A DNA stretch of 62,603 bases, the filler included. It is 9 parts of 9 records of this genome, joined end to end, with 100 filler letters (N's around TTAATTAATTAA, not from the genome) between each part and the next. Parts side by side here need not be neighbours in the genome. Positions count along the whole stretch, not along the records: positions 1 to 5,890 come from SRR20825010_433; positions 5,991 to 9,404 come from SRR20825010_438; 7 more parts are not named here. The stretch is one strand, 5' to 3'. Below the pieces are notes generated by a model, which ran no database searches, was not told where the DNA came from, and saw nothing but the letters and a program-made list of their open reading frames with translations. Position 1 is the first letter of the stretch. Each line of letters begins with the position of its first letter. This document shows positions 1-9,504 of the stretch, piece after piece. A program made the position numbers and the translations under genes.

Positions 1-961
1 TTCCTCGGGCATGGTTGCCATTAAAGAACGCGAAGTAACGCAGGCCGATGTGGCGCGCGTTATCGAGACCGCGAAAGCAGTGAACATTCCGACCGATCAG
101 CAAATTCTGCATGTGTTGCCACAGGAATTTATTGTGGATGGTCAGGAAGACGTGCGCGAACCACTTGGAATGAGCGGTGTGCGTTTGGAAACCCGCGTAC
201 ACATTGTTACCGGCGCTGTTTCTGCTGCGCAAAACATCGTGAAGTGTGTGCGCCGTTGCGGCCTGGAAGTGCAAGACCTGATGCTGCAGCCTTTGGCTTC
301 CAGCATGGCGGTTCTGACTGAAGACGAAAAAGAATTGGGTGTGGTGCTAATCGACATTGGTGGTGGCACTACCGACATTGCTGTATTCACTGGTGGCGCA
401 ATTCGACACACGGCGGTTATTCCAATTGCGGGTGATCAAATCACCAACGACATCGCCATGGCTTTGCGCACACCCACACCCGATGCGGAAGAAATCAAGA
501 TTCGCCATGGCGTGGCCAAGCAAGTGCTTGCTGACCCACACGCAAAAATCGATGTGCCGGGGATCGGTGAACGCGATCCGCGCACTTTGTCCAAACAAGC
601 GCTGGCGGCAGTGATCGAACCTCGCCTTGAAGAGTTGTTCCTGATGGTGCAGCAAGTGTTGCGTGAATCTGGTTACGAAGAGTTGTTGTCGTCTGGCGTG
701 GTATTGACCGGCGGCACCAGCCTGATGCCAGGCATTGCAGAGCTTGGCGAAGATATTTTCATGAAGCCTGTGCGCATCGGCGTGCCCGATTACACGGGTG
801 GATTGGCGGACATGGTCCGCACGCCACGGTTTGCCACCGCAATGGGCTTGCTGCATGAAGCACGTGCACAGCACTTGCGTGGTCGCAGGGTGGCTTCGCA
901 GGGTGGTGGTTTGAAGCAGACCATGCAGAAAATGAAAGAGTGGTTTTTGGGAAATTTTTAA
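1..961 (+). CDS. ftsA: Cell division protein FtsA (5'-truncated)
   Basis: Actin-like ATPase motifs IDIGGGTTD and VLTGGTS; amphipathic C-terminus KMKEWFLGNF; directly upstream of ftsZ. Confidence 0.97.
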   Translation, partial: SSGMVAIKEREVTQADVARVIETAKAVNIPTDQQILHVLPQEFIVDGQEDVREPLGMSGVRLETRVHIVTGAVSAAQNIVKCVRRCGLEVQDLMLQPLASSMAVLTEDEKELGVVLIDIGGGTTDIAVFTGGAIRHTAVIPIAGDQITNDIAMALRTPTPDAEEIKIRHGVAKQVLADPHAKIDVPGIGERDPRTLSKQALAAVIEPRLEELFLMVQQVLRESGYEELLSSGVVLTGGTSLMPGIAELGEDIFMKPVRIGVPDYTGGLADMVRTPRFATAMGLLHEARAQHLRGRRVASQGGGLKQTMQKMKEWFLGNF

Positions 962-1025
962 TTGTAGTTTTTAAATCAAGTTTTTTTCGGCGATGTTAAT
1001 TTTTGCTAGATAGGAGGCAAACACC

Positions 1026-2195
1026 ATGTCATTTGAAATTCTCGAGACAGAAACCCAAGGGACTGTCATTAAAGTTGTAGGTGTAGGCGGCGCAGGCGGT
1101 AACGCGGTGGCCCACATGATTGCGCAAGGCGTGCAAAACGTTGAATTCATTTGCGCCAACACCGATGCACAGGCCTTGGCGAAAACCAAAGCAAATGTGC
1201 TCATTCAATTGGGTAAAACCGGTTTGGGTGCAGGTGCCAAGCCTGAAGCAGGCCGTCAGGCAGCTGAAGAAGACCGTGATCGCATTCGCGACGCACTGCG
1301 TGGCGCGCACATGGTATTCATTACTGCCGGCATGGGTGGTGGTACTGGCACAGGTGCTGCACCTGTGGTGGCCGAAGTTGCCCAGGAACTTGGCATTTTG
1401 ACTGTTGCAGTGGTGACCAAACCTTTCGAATTTGAGGGCACCAAGCGTTGCAAGGCGGCTGAAGAAGGTCTGGAAAAATTGTCCAGCAAAGTAAACTCCC
1501 TGATCATCGTTCTGAACGAGAAGTTGCTGGAAGTAGTGGGCGACGACGCAACTCAGGAAGACTGCTTTATTGCAGCCGACGACGTGTTGCACAACGCCTG
1601 TGCAGGCATTGCTGAAATCATCAATGTCGAAGGCAATGTGAACGTCGACTTCGAAGATGTGAAAACAATCATGTCCGAAGTGGGCAAAGCCATGATGGGA
1701 ACAGCCACTGCCAACGGCCCCGAGCGCGCGCGCGAAGCGGCCGAACAGGCGATTGCCTCGCCGCTGCTGGAAGGCGTTGATTTGTCGGGTGCCCGCGGTG
1801 TATTGGTCAACATCACTTCAAGCAAGAGCCTGAAGCTGAAGGAAACCAAAGAAGTGATGAACATCATCCGTGCCTACGCGGCTGAGGACGCCACCGTGAT
1901 TTTCGGTACGGCCTACGATGAAACCATGGGCGACGACTTGCGCGTAACCGTGGTCGCCACCGGTTTGGGTCGCAAGGCCGCCAAACCCACATTGGTACAG
2001 GCTGAGCAGTACCAACCCATGGCGCGCACCGGTACGTTCGACGCAGTGGGCGGGCAACATGGTGAAACGGACTACGCTATTCCAGCGGTGTTCCGCAATC
2101 CACGCGACAACGCAGCTTCACGCGTTCAAGCTTTGCAGGACAGCGGAATGGACCGGTTTGACATTCCCGCGTTTTTGCGTCGTCAAGCGGATTAA
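1026..2195 (+). CDS. ftsZ: Cell division protein FtsZ
   Basis: GVGGAGGNA, tubulin signature GMGGGTGTG, NVDFEDV, C-terminal peptide DIPAFLRRQAD; SD AGGAGG upstream. Confidence 0.99.
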   Translation: MSFEILETETQGTVIKVVGVGGAGGNAVAHMIAQGVQNVEFICANTDAQALAKTKANVLIQLGKTGLGAGAKPEAGRQAAEEDRDRIRDALRGAHMVFITAGMGGGTGTGAAPVVAEVAQELGILTVAVVTKPFEFEGTKRCKAAEEGLEKLSSKVNSLIIVLNEKLLEVVGDDATQEDCFIAADDVLHNACAGIAEIINVEGNVNVDFEDVKTIMSEVGKAMMGTATANGPERAREAAEQAIASPLLEGVDLSGARGVLVNITSSKSLKLKETKEVMNIIRAYAAEDATVIFGTAYDETMGDDLRVTVVATGLGRKAAKPTLVQAEQYQPMARTGTFDAVGGQHGETDYAIPAVFRNPRDNAASRVQALQDSGMDRFDIPAFLRRQAD

Positions 2196-2348
2196 TTGCT
2201 TCTGACATGAAGCAAGACACAAGCGATTCATCTTCCGAGAACGATTTCGGGGGGTGAGTGTCCTATCAGCACCCTTGGCGGTTTGCGGGTGAGGTTTGCA
2301 GTTTTGCCGAAGACTGTGAACTCGCGACCTGCCGGGGGCGCTTGTGTT
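2196..2348 (+). ncRNA. Putative structured RNA element (small hairpin plus three-way junction) in the ftsZ-peroxiredoxin intergenic region
   Basis: Hand folding: 7-bp hairpin 2196-2215; P1 2216-2225/2339-2348; P2 2226-2240/2245-2259; long P3 2272-2305/2310-2338; 14 G-U pairs on + strand. Confidence 0.6.
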
Positions 2349-2382
2349 GGTGTATTTTTAAGGTTTTAGCGGAGAAGTAAAG

Positions 2383-2886
2383 ATGACAATTCAGATTGGT
2401 GAAAAGCTGCCCAACGCAACCTTGTTCGAGTTCTTTCATGAGGAAACCGAGGGCTGTTCACTGGGCCCCAACAAGTTTGAGGTAGAAAAGGAACTGGCCA
2501 ACAAAACTGTTGCAATTTTGGCCCTGCCTGGGGCATACACCCCAACCTGCTCCGCAAAACATGTGCCTGGCTTTATTGATCACTTCAATGAATTCAAAGC
2601 CAAGGGCGTGGATGAGATTTGGTGTGTTTCCGTGAACGATGCGTTCGTGATGGGCATGTGGGGTAAGTCCCTGGGTGCCGAAGGCAAGGTTCGCATGATG
2701 GCCGATGGCTCTGCCGAGTTCACCAAAAAGCTTGGTATGGAATTGGATTTGACTGCCCGTGGCATGGGAGTGCGTTCCAATCGCTATTCAATGCTGGTTA
2801 AAAATGGCGTTGTTACCCAGTTGAATGTCGAGGCGCCCGGTGTATTTGAGAACAGCACGGCTGAGAAATTGTTGTCTCAGATTTAA
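2383..2886 (+). CDS. Peroxiredoxin, Prx5/redoxin family
   Basis: PGAYTPTCSAKH peroxidatic motif (PxxxTxxC), SVNDAFVM, ADGSAEFTK, RSNRYSMLV. Confidence 0.93.
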   Translation: MTIQIGEKLPNATLFEFFHEETEGCSLGPNKFEVEKELANKTVAILALPGAYTPTCSAKHVPGFIDHFNEFKAKGVDEIWCVSVNDAFVMGMWGKSLGAEGKVRMMADGSAEFTKKLGMELDLTARGMGVRSNRYSMLVKNGVVTQLNVEAPGVFENSTAEKLLSQI

Positions 2887-3032
2887 GAATTAACTGTAAA
2901 AGATGGGTAAATTGTGCGATTTTGCGACATTTTTACCCGTTTTTGACCCTTATTGGAGTTTGACCTCCACGAAAAATCTTGGGTTGAACAGTCCGGGTGG
3001 TTACACTTCGATGACAATTCAAGGAAATTTGA

Positions 3033-3953
3033 TTGAAACAGAGAACCCTAAAACAAGTGTTAAGTGCTACAGGCATTGGCTTGCATTCCGGCAAGCGAGT
3101 GACAATGACGCTGCGCCCCGCGCCCCCCGACACCGGCATTGTGTTCAGGCGCGTCGATTTGCCTGAGCCCGTGGATTTTCCGGTGAATGCGCTGGCGATC
3201 GGCGACACGCGCATGGCCTCTACACTAGAGAAAGATGGTGCCAAAGTTTCCACCATTGAGCACTTGATGTCCGCCCTGTGCGGTTTGGGCGTAGACAATG
3301 CGTACATTGATTTGACGGCTGTCGAAGTGCCGATCATGGATGGCAGCGCGATTTCCTTCGTGTTTTTGATCCAGCAGGCCGGCTTGGTTGAACAGTCTGC
3401 CCTGAAGAAATTCATTCGAGTCAAGAAAGCCATCGAAGTGCGCGAGGGAGAGGGTGCCAGCCTGAAGTACGCCAGCTTGAAGCCCTATGATGGTTTTCGT
3501 CTGAAGTTTGAGATTGATTTCGGGCACCCTGCCATCGACAAAACCGGGCAAATGGTGGAAATCGACTTTTCCCGCACCTCGTTTATACGCGACATCGCTC
3601 GGGCCCGTACCTTTGGCTTTACTCAAGATGTAGAAACATTGCGCAATCTGGGTTTGGCTTTGGGGGGTAATTTGGACAATGCCATTGTGATGGATGAATA
3701 TCGCATCCTCAATTCCGATGGCTTGCGATATGACGATGAGTTTGTAAAACACAAGGTGCTGGATGCGATTGGAGACCTTTATGTGATTGGTCACCCCATC
3801 ATAGGGGAATATCAGGCCTACCGCTCCGGTCATAATCTCAATAACCAGTTGATTCGGGCTTTAATCAATGATTCAACTGCGTTTGAAGTTGTTACTTTTG
3901 AAAGTGTCAGGGAAACTCCTACTGTATTTCGGGCCGATTGGGCGGTTGCCTAA
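3033..3953 (+). CDS. lpxC: UDP-3-O-acyl-N-acetylglucosamine deacetylase LpxC (TTG start)
   Basis: [46 protein letters not shown]. Confidence 0.98.
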   Translation: MKQRTLKQVLSATGIGLHSGKRVTMTLRPAPPDTGIVFRRVDLPEPVDFPVNALAIGDTRMASTLEKDGAKVSTIEHLMSALCGLGVDNAYIDLTAVEVPIMDGSAISFVFLIQQAGLVEQSALKKFIRVKKAIEVREGEGASLKYASLKPYDGFRLKFEIDFGHPAIDKTGQMVEIDFSRTSFIRDIARARTFGFTQDVETLRNLGLALGGNLDNAIVMDEYRILNSDGLRYDDEFVKHKVLDAIGDLYVIGHPIIGEYQAYRSGHNLNNQLIRALINDSTAFEVVTFESVRETPTVFRADWAVA

Positions 3954-4008
3954 CCGTGCATTCGTAAAATAGTATTAAACATGTAGCAATCTGGTAGTTC
4001 CCTTGTGG

Positions 4009-4458
4009 CTACTTGATGTTGTGGTGTTTGTTCAGGGCTTGGGTGGCCTCTTTCAGGGGCGAATCTTCAAGCCGGTTTTCCAGATCCAGCCATGCTTTTT
4101 TTGCGGCATCTGAGAAAACAGCTCTTTTGGGGCGGAGATCCAGTTGTTTCGAGACCAAGGGGTTTGTTTGTATTTGTAGCTGAATATCGTTTATATTCAT
4201 GCCCGAACCCTGCAGATGTTGAATCAGGCTGGGTAAAGATTGCCTCAGGCGCGTTAGCGCCGCCGGGGTCGACACGAAAATTTTTAGTTTGTCTTTTTTG
4301 ATTGGCCCCACGCTGAAAGTTACGCCACGTAAGGATGGCCAATTGTGGATGATCTTTTCCAGACGGCGAGATTGTGCCGCTTGGGTGATCAAGGAGCTGG
4401 TTTGTGGTTCCTGCATCAGGCTAGCCAAGGGAGATAATGCGGAATGCTTGGGTTTCAC
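4009..4458 (-). CDS. DciA/DUF721-family protein
   Basis: Size and antisense position between lpxC and M23/secA match the usual dciA position; AALTRLRQSLPSL helix; weak sequence support. Confidence 0.6.
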   Translation of the reverse strand: MKPKHSALSPLASLMQEPQTSSLITQAAQSRRLEKIIHNWPSLRGVTFSVGPIKKDKLKIFVSTPAALTRLRQSLPSLIQHLQGSGMNINDIQLQIQTNPLVSKQLDLRPKRAVFSDAAKKAWLDLENRLEDSPLKEATQALNKHHNIK

Positions 4459-4527
4459 CTTGTGTTCTCACTAAAACCCGTAAAAACGGGTGAATTCGGT
4501 TCGCTACGCGGATTGAGGAGGTTATAA

Positions 4528-5505
4528 ATGCAATTAATTCTTATGCGGGGCCCTTTTTCTCGCACCACTGTTTTAAGTGTCAAGGCCAGCCACATCGCGT
4601 TGTTTGTCACATTGCTGGTTCTTGTTGCTGCGTCATTCACTGCAACAGGTCTTTACCTGGCCGCGCGTTACGGTGAAGAAATTCCAGTCGTTCAAGACAT
4701 TGTATACGCCAAGCAGTTGGCCAGGCACCACAATGTTGCCGAAACCGGCAGCCCGCTAGACGCCATGGCAATCCGCCTTGCTGAAATGCGTGCGCAACTG
4801 GCCCGCCTGGATGCCGTTAGCGTGCGTTTGCTCAAGTCCAATGGAATGGATGCAAAAGTTACCTTGACTGAGCAATTGGGGCAGGGTGGTTTGCAGCAAA
4901 AAGATGAGAAGTCGCTGAATTTCAGGGAAGTCAACAATGCGATTTCCTCGGTGTCTACCCAAATAGAGCGTCAGGCCGACGTGTTCAGCATCATTGACAG
5001 TGATTTACAAAGCGCACGGGTCAAGTTTCTCAGCATTCCGAATGAATCTCCATTGACCGACACGATCGCGGTCAGCAACTTTGGCATGCGGATTGATCCC
5101 TTCACCGGGCGTCGCTCCACGCATGAGGGCATCGATTTCATTGCACCCACCGGAACCCCCATTTTGTCAGCCGCCGCTGGGGTGGTGGTTGATGCAAAGT
5201 GGCATCCCGGTTACGGCAATATGGTGGAAATTGAGCACAACAACAAAACCACCACCCGCTATGCCCATGCCTCCAAGCTACTGGTCAAGCCCGGCGACAT
5301 TGTGCGCTTGGGGCAGAAAGTCGCGCTGGTTGGCAGCACGGGCCGTTCTACCGGCCCTCATCTTCATTTTGAGGTGCGTGTAAACGGCGTGCCCCAGAAC
5401 CCCAACAAGTTTCTGGAAAAGAATGGCCTTCCCCGCCCGGGTCCCTCAACTGTGGCAGCACTGAATGGCTTATTCTCGGAAAGCGCTACGCCCCCGCTCG
5501 ACTAA
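4528..5505 (+). CDS. M23 family metallopeptidase with N-terminal TM and coiled coil
   Basis: HEGID (HxxxD), TRYAH, GSTGRSTGPHLHFEV; SD GAGGAGG. Confidence 0.93.
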   Translation: MQLILMRGPFSRTTVLSVKASHIALFVTLLVLVAASFTATGLYLAARYGEEIPVVQDIVYAKQLARHHNVAETGSPLDAMAIRLAEMRAQLARLDAVSVRLLKSNGMDAKVTLTEQLGQGGLQQKDEKSLNFREVNNAISSVSTQIERQADVFSIIDSDLQSARVKFLSIPNESPLTDTIAVSNFGMRIDPFTGRRSTHEGIDFIAPTGTPILSAAAGVVVDAKWHPGYGNMVEIEHNNKTTTRYAHASKLLVKPGDIVRLGQKVALVGSTGRSTGPHLHFEVRVNGVPQNPNKFLEKNGLPRPGPSTVAALNGLFSESATPPLD

Positions 5506-5604
5506 GCTTCGCGTGCTAAACTTCTAGGCTGTTTTTGGAATCGACCGGACCCAAACCCGGTCGATTGACTTTCAGGCCCCCAAAGGGTCGAACCAGCCGA
5601 CACT

Positions 5605-5890
5605 ATGATCACAGACACTCTGAAAAAGCTTTTTGGCAGCCGCAATGACCGGTTGTTGAAGACCTATCGAAAATCCGTAAACCAGATCAACGCGCTTGAG
5701 CCCGCCATTCAGGCTTTAAGTGATGACGCATTGCGCGCCAAAACCGTTGAATTCAAGGAACGGCTTGCAAAGGGCGAAGCGCTTGATGACCTGCTGCCCG
5801 AGGCCTTTGCCGTGGTCCGCGAGGCCAGCGTGCGGGTGTTTGGCATGCGTCATTTTGACGTGCAGTTGATCGGTGGCATGGCCTTGCATC
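5605..5890 (+). CDS. secA: Preprotein translocase SecA (3'-truncated)
   Basis: [42 protein letters not shown]. Confidence 0.97.
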
Positions 5891-5990
5891 NNNNNNNNNN
5901 NNNNNNNNNNNNNNNNNNNNNNNNNNNNNNNNNNTTAATTAATTAANNNNNNNNNNNNNNNNNNNNNNNNNNNNNNNNNNNNNNNNNNNN
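5891..5990. other. Artificial contig linker
   Basis: N-run + TTAATTAATTAA (stops in all six frames) + N-run; gene content and composition change across it. Confidence 0.98.
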
Positions 5991-6941
5991 CATCCAGCCG
6001 CAGGTGGTGAAGTAGAACAGCCGCTCGCCGGGTTCGAGCCCGCAATGCAGCCGGTGCTCCTTGAAATGCTGCAGCAGCGTGCCGCCGGTGGAATGGACGA
6101 TGCATTTGGGGATGCCGGTGGTGCCCGACGAAAACAGGATGTAGAGCGGGTGCGCGAACGGCAGCGGCTCGAAGGTTACAGGCCTGGCCGAATAATCGGC
6201 GATGAAATCAGACAGCGTGACGGCGCCTTCCACGGCGGCGGCGACGGCCTTGCCGTCATCGAGCATCGGCACGATGATTGTGGCCTTCGGCTTGAGCGAT
6301 GCCGCGATCTCGGTGAGCTTGGCGGTCACCTCCTGGCGCTTGCCATTGTACCAGTAGCCGTCGCAGGAGATGAACAGCTTCGGCTCGATCTGGCCGAAGC
6401 GATCGAGCACGCCCTTGACGCCGAAATCGGGCGAGCAGGACGACCAGATTGCGCCGATCGAGGCAGCCGCAAGCATGCAGGTGATGGTTTCGGGCATGTT
6501 CGGCATCATCGCGGCGATGCGGTCGCCCTTTTCAACACCGTGGGCGCGGAAGGCCTGCTGCAGCCGCGAGACCAGGGCGTGCAGCTCGTCCCAGCTCATC
6601 GCCGCCCGCGTCTTGTCCTCAGCGCGGAACAGCAGCGCCGGCTCGGCGCCGGTACGAGAGAGCAGGTTTTCGGCGAAGTTCAGCTGCGCATCAGGGAAGA
6701 ACCGCGCGCCGGGCATGGCGTCGCCGTTCTCGATGACCCGGTCGCCCTTCTCGCCGCGCACGCCGCAAAAGTCCCACAGCGCCGACCAGAAGCCTTCGCG
6801 GTCGGTGATCGACCACTCGTGCAGCGCCAGCGGATCCTCTAGCGCGCGGCCTGCCCGCTCTCCTGCAAACGCCGCAAACGCCATCCAGGGGCTCTGCTTC
6901 AGGTCCTGCTCATTGGGGCTCCACAGCGGGGTGTCGGTCAT
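5991..6941 (-). CDS. Acetoacetate--CoA ligase (3'-truncated)
   Basis: PLWSP N-terminus, FFPDAQLNFAENLL, SSCSPDFG, AMP-binding loop ILFSSGTTGIPKCIVH, FYFTTCGWM. Confidence 0.92.
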
Positions 6942-7062
6942 GATGTGCTCCTGCCAGATAATGCGGGTCAGGGTGTAGCATTGGCGCTGTCCGATGCAAA
7001 CAGAACTTCACGCCGCGACCGATCACAAAGGCCGCGCGCGGCAGTCACCAATTGCATTCGCC

Positions 7063-7078
7063 TTCACCAAGCTTTAAC
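7063..7078. promoter_or_regulatory. Candidate CtrA site upstream of the AsmA-family gene
   Basis: TTCA-ccaagct-TTAAC, one mismatch to TTAA-N7-TTAAC. Confidence 0.45.
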
Positions 7079-7125
7079 CAGAACCAGCAGCGCCGTTCGG
7101 GGCAACAGTCGGAGGGGTATCAGGA

Positions 7126-9000
7126 TTGGGGTTCATCATCGCACAGTGGTCCTTGCGACGTGCGGCGATTTCGGGTGCGCTGTTCGTGCTCGTCTCGGTC
7201 CTGGCCGTGTTCGCAAGCCTGCCGCTGGCGGTTTCCAGCGGCGTGGTGCGCGACCGGCTCGAGCGCGACATCAGCGCCTGGGCGGGCCATCCGGTGTCGC
7301 TCGGAAATGCCCCCTCGCTCGATTTCTGGCCGACGCCGACGATCCAGCTCGACAATGTCGAAATCCTGCCGTCGACCTTTGCCGGAAGCGATCCGATCCT
7401 GCGCGCCGACAGCATCGTCGCCAATTTCAACCTGTTCTCGGCGGTGCTCGGCGCACCGAGCTTCTCCGAGTTCAGGCTGATCCGGCCGACCTTCAATGTC
7501 GAACTCTACCCGGATGCAACGTCGAACTGGTCTTCCGCCTCCGGCGAACTGGCGCAAGGGGTTGCCGCGGCGGTGGCGCGGGACCTGGCGGCGCAATCGG
7601 GCGAAGACGCTCCGGCTACCGCGGTCATCCCCGAATCCGCCGCACTCGGCGCCGTCACCATCGAGGACGGCACCGTCAAATGGATCCGCGACCCGGGAGC
7701 CGCGGCGGAAAAGCTCACCGCGATCAACGGCACGGTGGCCTGGACCGCGCCGACGGCGGTGGCGCGCGCCAACATCACCGCGATCTTCCGCGGCGAGCAG
7801 GTGACGCTCGCCGGATCGACCGCGGCGCCGCTGTTGCTGCTTGGCGGCCGGACCGCGCCGGTGGACATCAAGCTGACATCTGCGCCGCTCAACATCGAGT
7901 TCGGCGGCTCGGCAAGCCTCGGGCAGAACTATTTCCTGTCGGGCGCGCTCAAGCTTTCGAGCGTCTCGGTGCGGCGCGCGCTGGAATGGTCGGGCGCCGA
8001 CATCAAGCCCGGCGAGGCGCTCGGCGCGCTCGACCTGTCGGCCAAGGTTACCGCCGAAAAGACCAAGGCAAAGCTCGACGACCTGATCATCATGATCGAC
8101 CGGAACCGCGGCATTGGCGTTCTCGACATGGCGCTGCGCGAAGGCGAGCCGCCGCTGATCGCCGGCACGCTGGCGTTCAACTCGCTCGACATCGCCTCGT
8201 TCCTGCAGGCGTTCACGCCGCTGCCCAAGGCCGGCAAGGACATCGCCTCGACCATCGACACGCGCTTCCTGCGCGAGATCGGGCTGGATCTGCGGCTGTC
8301 GGCGCAATCAGCCAGCTTCGGACCGGTGATGCTCTCCAACCTCGCCGCCGCGGCCCGCGTCGAGCAGGGCCGGGCCAATTTCGATGTCGGCGACGCCACC
8401 GCCTATGGCGGCAACCTGATCGGCCGCATCGGCATTTCCGAGCAGGGAATAGACGGCGGGGTCAAGGTTCAGCTTTCGGCGCGCAACACGAATTTCGGCG
8501 GCCTGTTCGACGCCATCGGGTTGACCGGGCCCCTGCCGCGCGGCACCGGATCGCTCGACATCGAAGTCACCTCGCCCTATCCGACCTGGGCGACCGCACT
8601 GTCGGACCTGACCGGCAAGATCGACCTGGCGGTGCAGGCGGGCATGGTGCCGGGCCTCAACATCGCCAAATTCCGGGAGCTGGCCAAGACCGAGCGCTTC
8701 TTCGATCTCGACCAGTTGGGCGAAGGCACCGCGTTCCCCTTCACCTCGGCACGGTTTCACGCGACGATCGCCGGCGGCGAGGCCAACCTCACCACCGCCG
8801 AGCTGATTGGTCCGCAGCAGATGATCTCGCTGTCGGGCGTCATTCCCTATTCGCGCTCGAGCCTTGCCATCGCCGGCGTTCTCGGACCCGCACCCGCCGC
8901 CGACGGCAAGGCCGCCGAGCCCGGCACCGGCCCGGAACCGCTGCGGTTCTTCATCGGCGGATCCTGGCCGCGGCCGGTGATTTCACCGGTGACGCCCTGA
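7126..9000 (+). CDS. AsmA family protein (start uncertain)
   Basis: N-terminal TM anchor, FWPTPTIQL, beta-rich body, C-terminal FFIGGSWPRPVISP; high-GC3 codon pattern in this frame. Confidence 0.8.
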   Translation: MGFIIAQWSLRRAAISGALFVLVSVLAVFASLPLAVSSGVVRDRLERDISAWAGHPVSLGNAPSLDFWPTPTIQLDNVEILPSTFAGSDPILRADSIVANFNLFSAVLGAPSFSEFRLIRPTFNVELYPDATSNWSSASGELAQGVAAAVARDLAAQSGEDAPATAVIPESAALGAVTIEDGTVKWIRDPGAAAEKLTAINGTVAWTAPTAVARANITAIFRGEQVTLAGSTAAPLLLLGGRTAPVDIKLTSAPLNIEFGGSASLGQNYFLSGALKLSSVSVRRALEWSGADIKPGEALGALDLSAKVTAEKTKAKLDDLIIMIDRNRGIGVLDMALREGEPPLIAGTLAFNSLDIASFLQAFTPLPKAGKDIASTIDTRFLREIGLDLRLSAQSASFGPVMLSNLAAAARVEQGRANFDVGDATAYGGNLIGRIGISEQGIDGGVKVQLSARNTNFGGLFDAIGLTGPLPRGTGSLDIEVTSPYPTWATALSDLTGKIDLAVQAGMVPGLNIAKFRELAKTERFFDLDQLGEGTAFPFTSARFHATIAGGEANLTTAELIGPQQMISLSGVIPYSRSSLAIAGVLGPAPAADGKAAEPGTGPEPLRFFIGGSWPRPVISPVTP

Positions 9001-9117
9001 ACCCGCACACCGGTCGGGCACACTTGCGAAAACACGCATATTTGGCGACAATCGCCGCAGCGGACTGCTTCGGCTATGCCGAGCGACCGCGGGGCTGATA
9101 TGGGGAACGCTCAGGGA

Positions 9118-9360
9118 ATGCTGAAACTGCTTTCGGCACTTGTCAAAATCGGACTGGCTTCGCTGATCACCGGCGCGGTTCTGTCGGCGCTCAACCTGTC
9201 GGCGGCCGAATTGCTGGCCGAGATCGGGCTGACGCCGGACCGGGTTTTCGAGGCGCTGCAGAACGGGGCGGCCTGGGCGATTCCCAACATCGTGCTCGGC
9301 TCGATGGTGATCGTGCCGATCTGGTTCGTCACCTATCTGCTGAGACCGCCAAGGAACTGA
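9118..9360 (+). CDS. Small two-TM membrane protein (DUF6460-like)
   Basis: KIGLASLITGAVLS and IVLGSMVIVPIWFVTYLLR pattern; ATG at 9118. Confidence 0.65.
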   Translation: MLKLLSALVKIGLASLITGAVLSALNLSAAELLAEIGLTPDRVFEALQNGAAWAIPNIVLGSMVIVPIWFVTYLLRPPRN

Positions 9361-9375
9361 TGTCCTAGCCTGCAG

Positions 9376-9404
9376 TTTTCACGCAATTCCGGACGCGAAA
9401 CCGG
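9376..9404. repeat. Fragment of a rhizobial intergenic palindromic (RIME/REP-like) repeat at contig end
   Basis: ACGCAATTCCGGACGCGAAACCGG resembles, from memory, a multicopy Rhizobiales intergenic element; contig breaks inside it. Confidence 0.5.
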
Positions 9405-9504
9405 NNNNNNNNNNNNNNNNNNNNNNNNNNNNNNNNNNNNNNNNNNNNTTAATTAATTAANNNNNNNNNNNNNNNNNNNNNNNNNNNNNNNNNNNNNNNN
9501 NNNN
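9405..9504. other. Artificial contig linker
   Basis: N-run + TTAATTAATTAA + N-run. Confidence 0.98.

Noticed and set aside
2383-2886. Peroxiredoxin inserted between ftsZ and lpxC
   Set aside because: To my knowledge a common Burkholderiales arrangement.
5935-5946. TTAATTAATTAA recurring eight times, possible repeat array or CtrA sites
   Set aside because: Always centred in N-runs; artificial linker.
6945-9098. 717-aa Arg-rich ORF overlapping the AsmA gene
   Set aside because: Alternate-frame shadow in high-GC DNA with no motifs.
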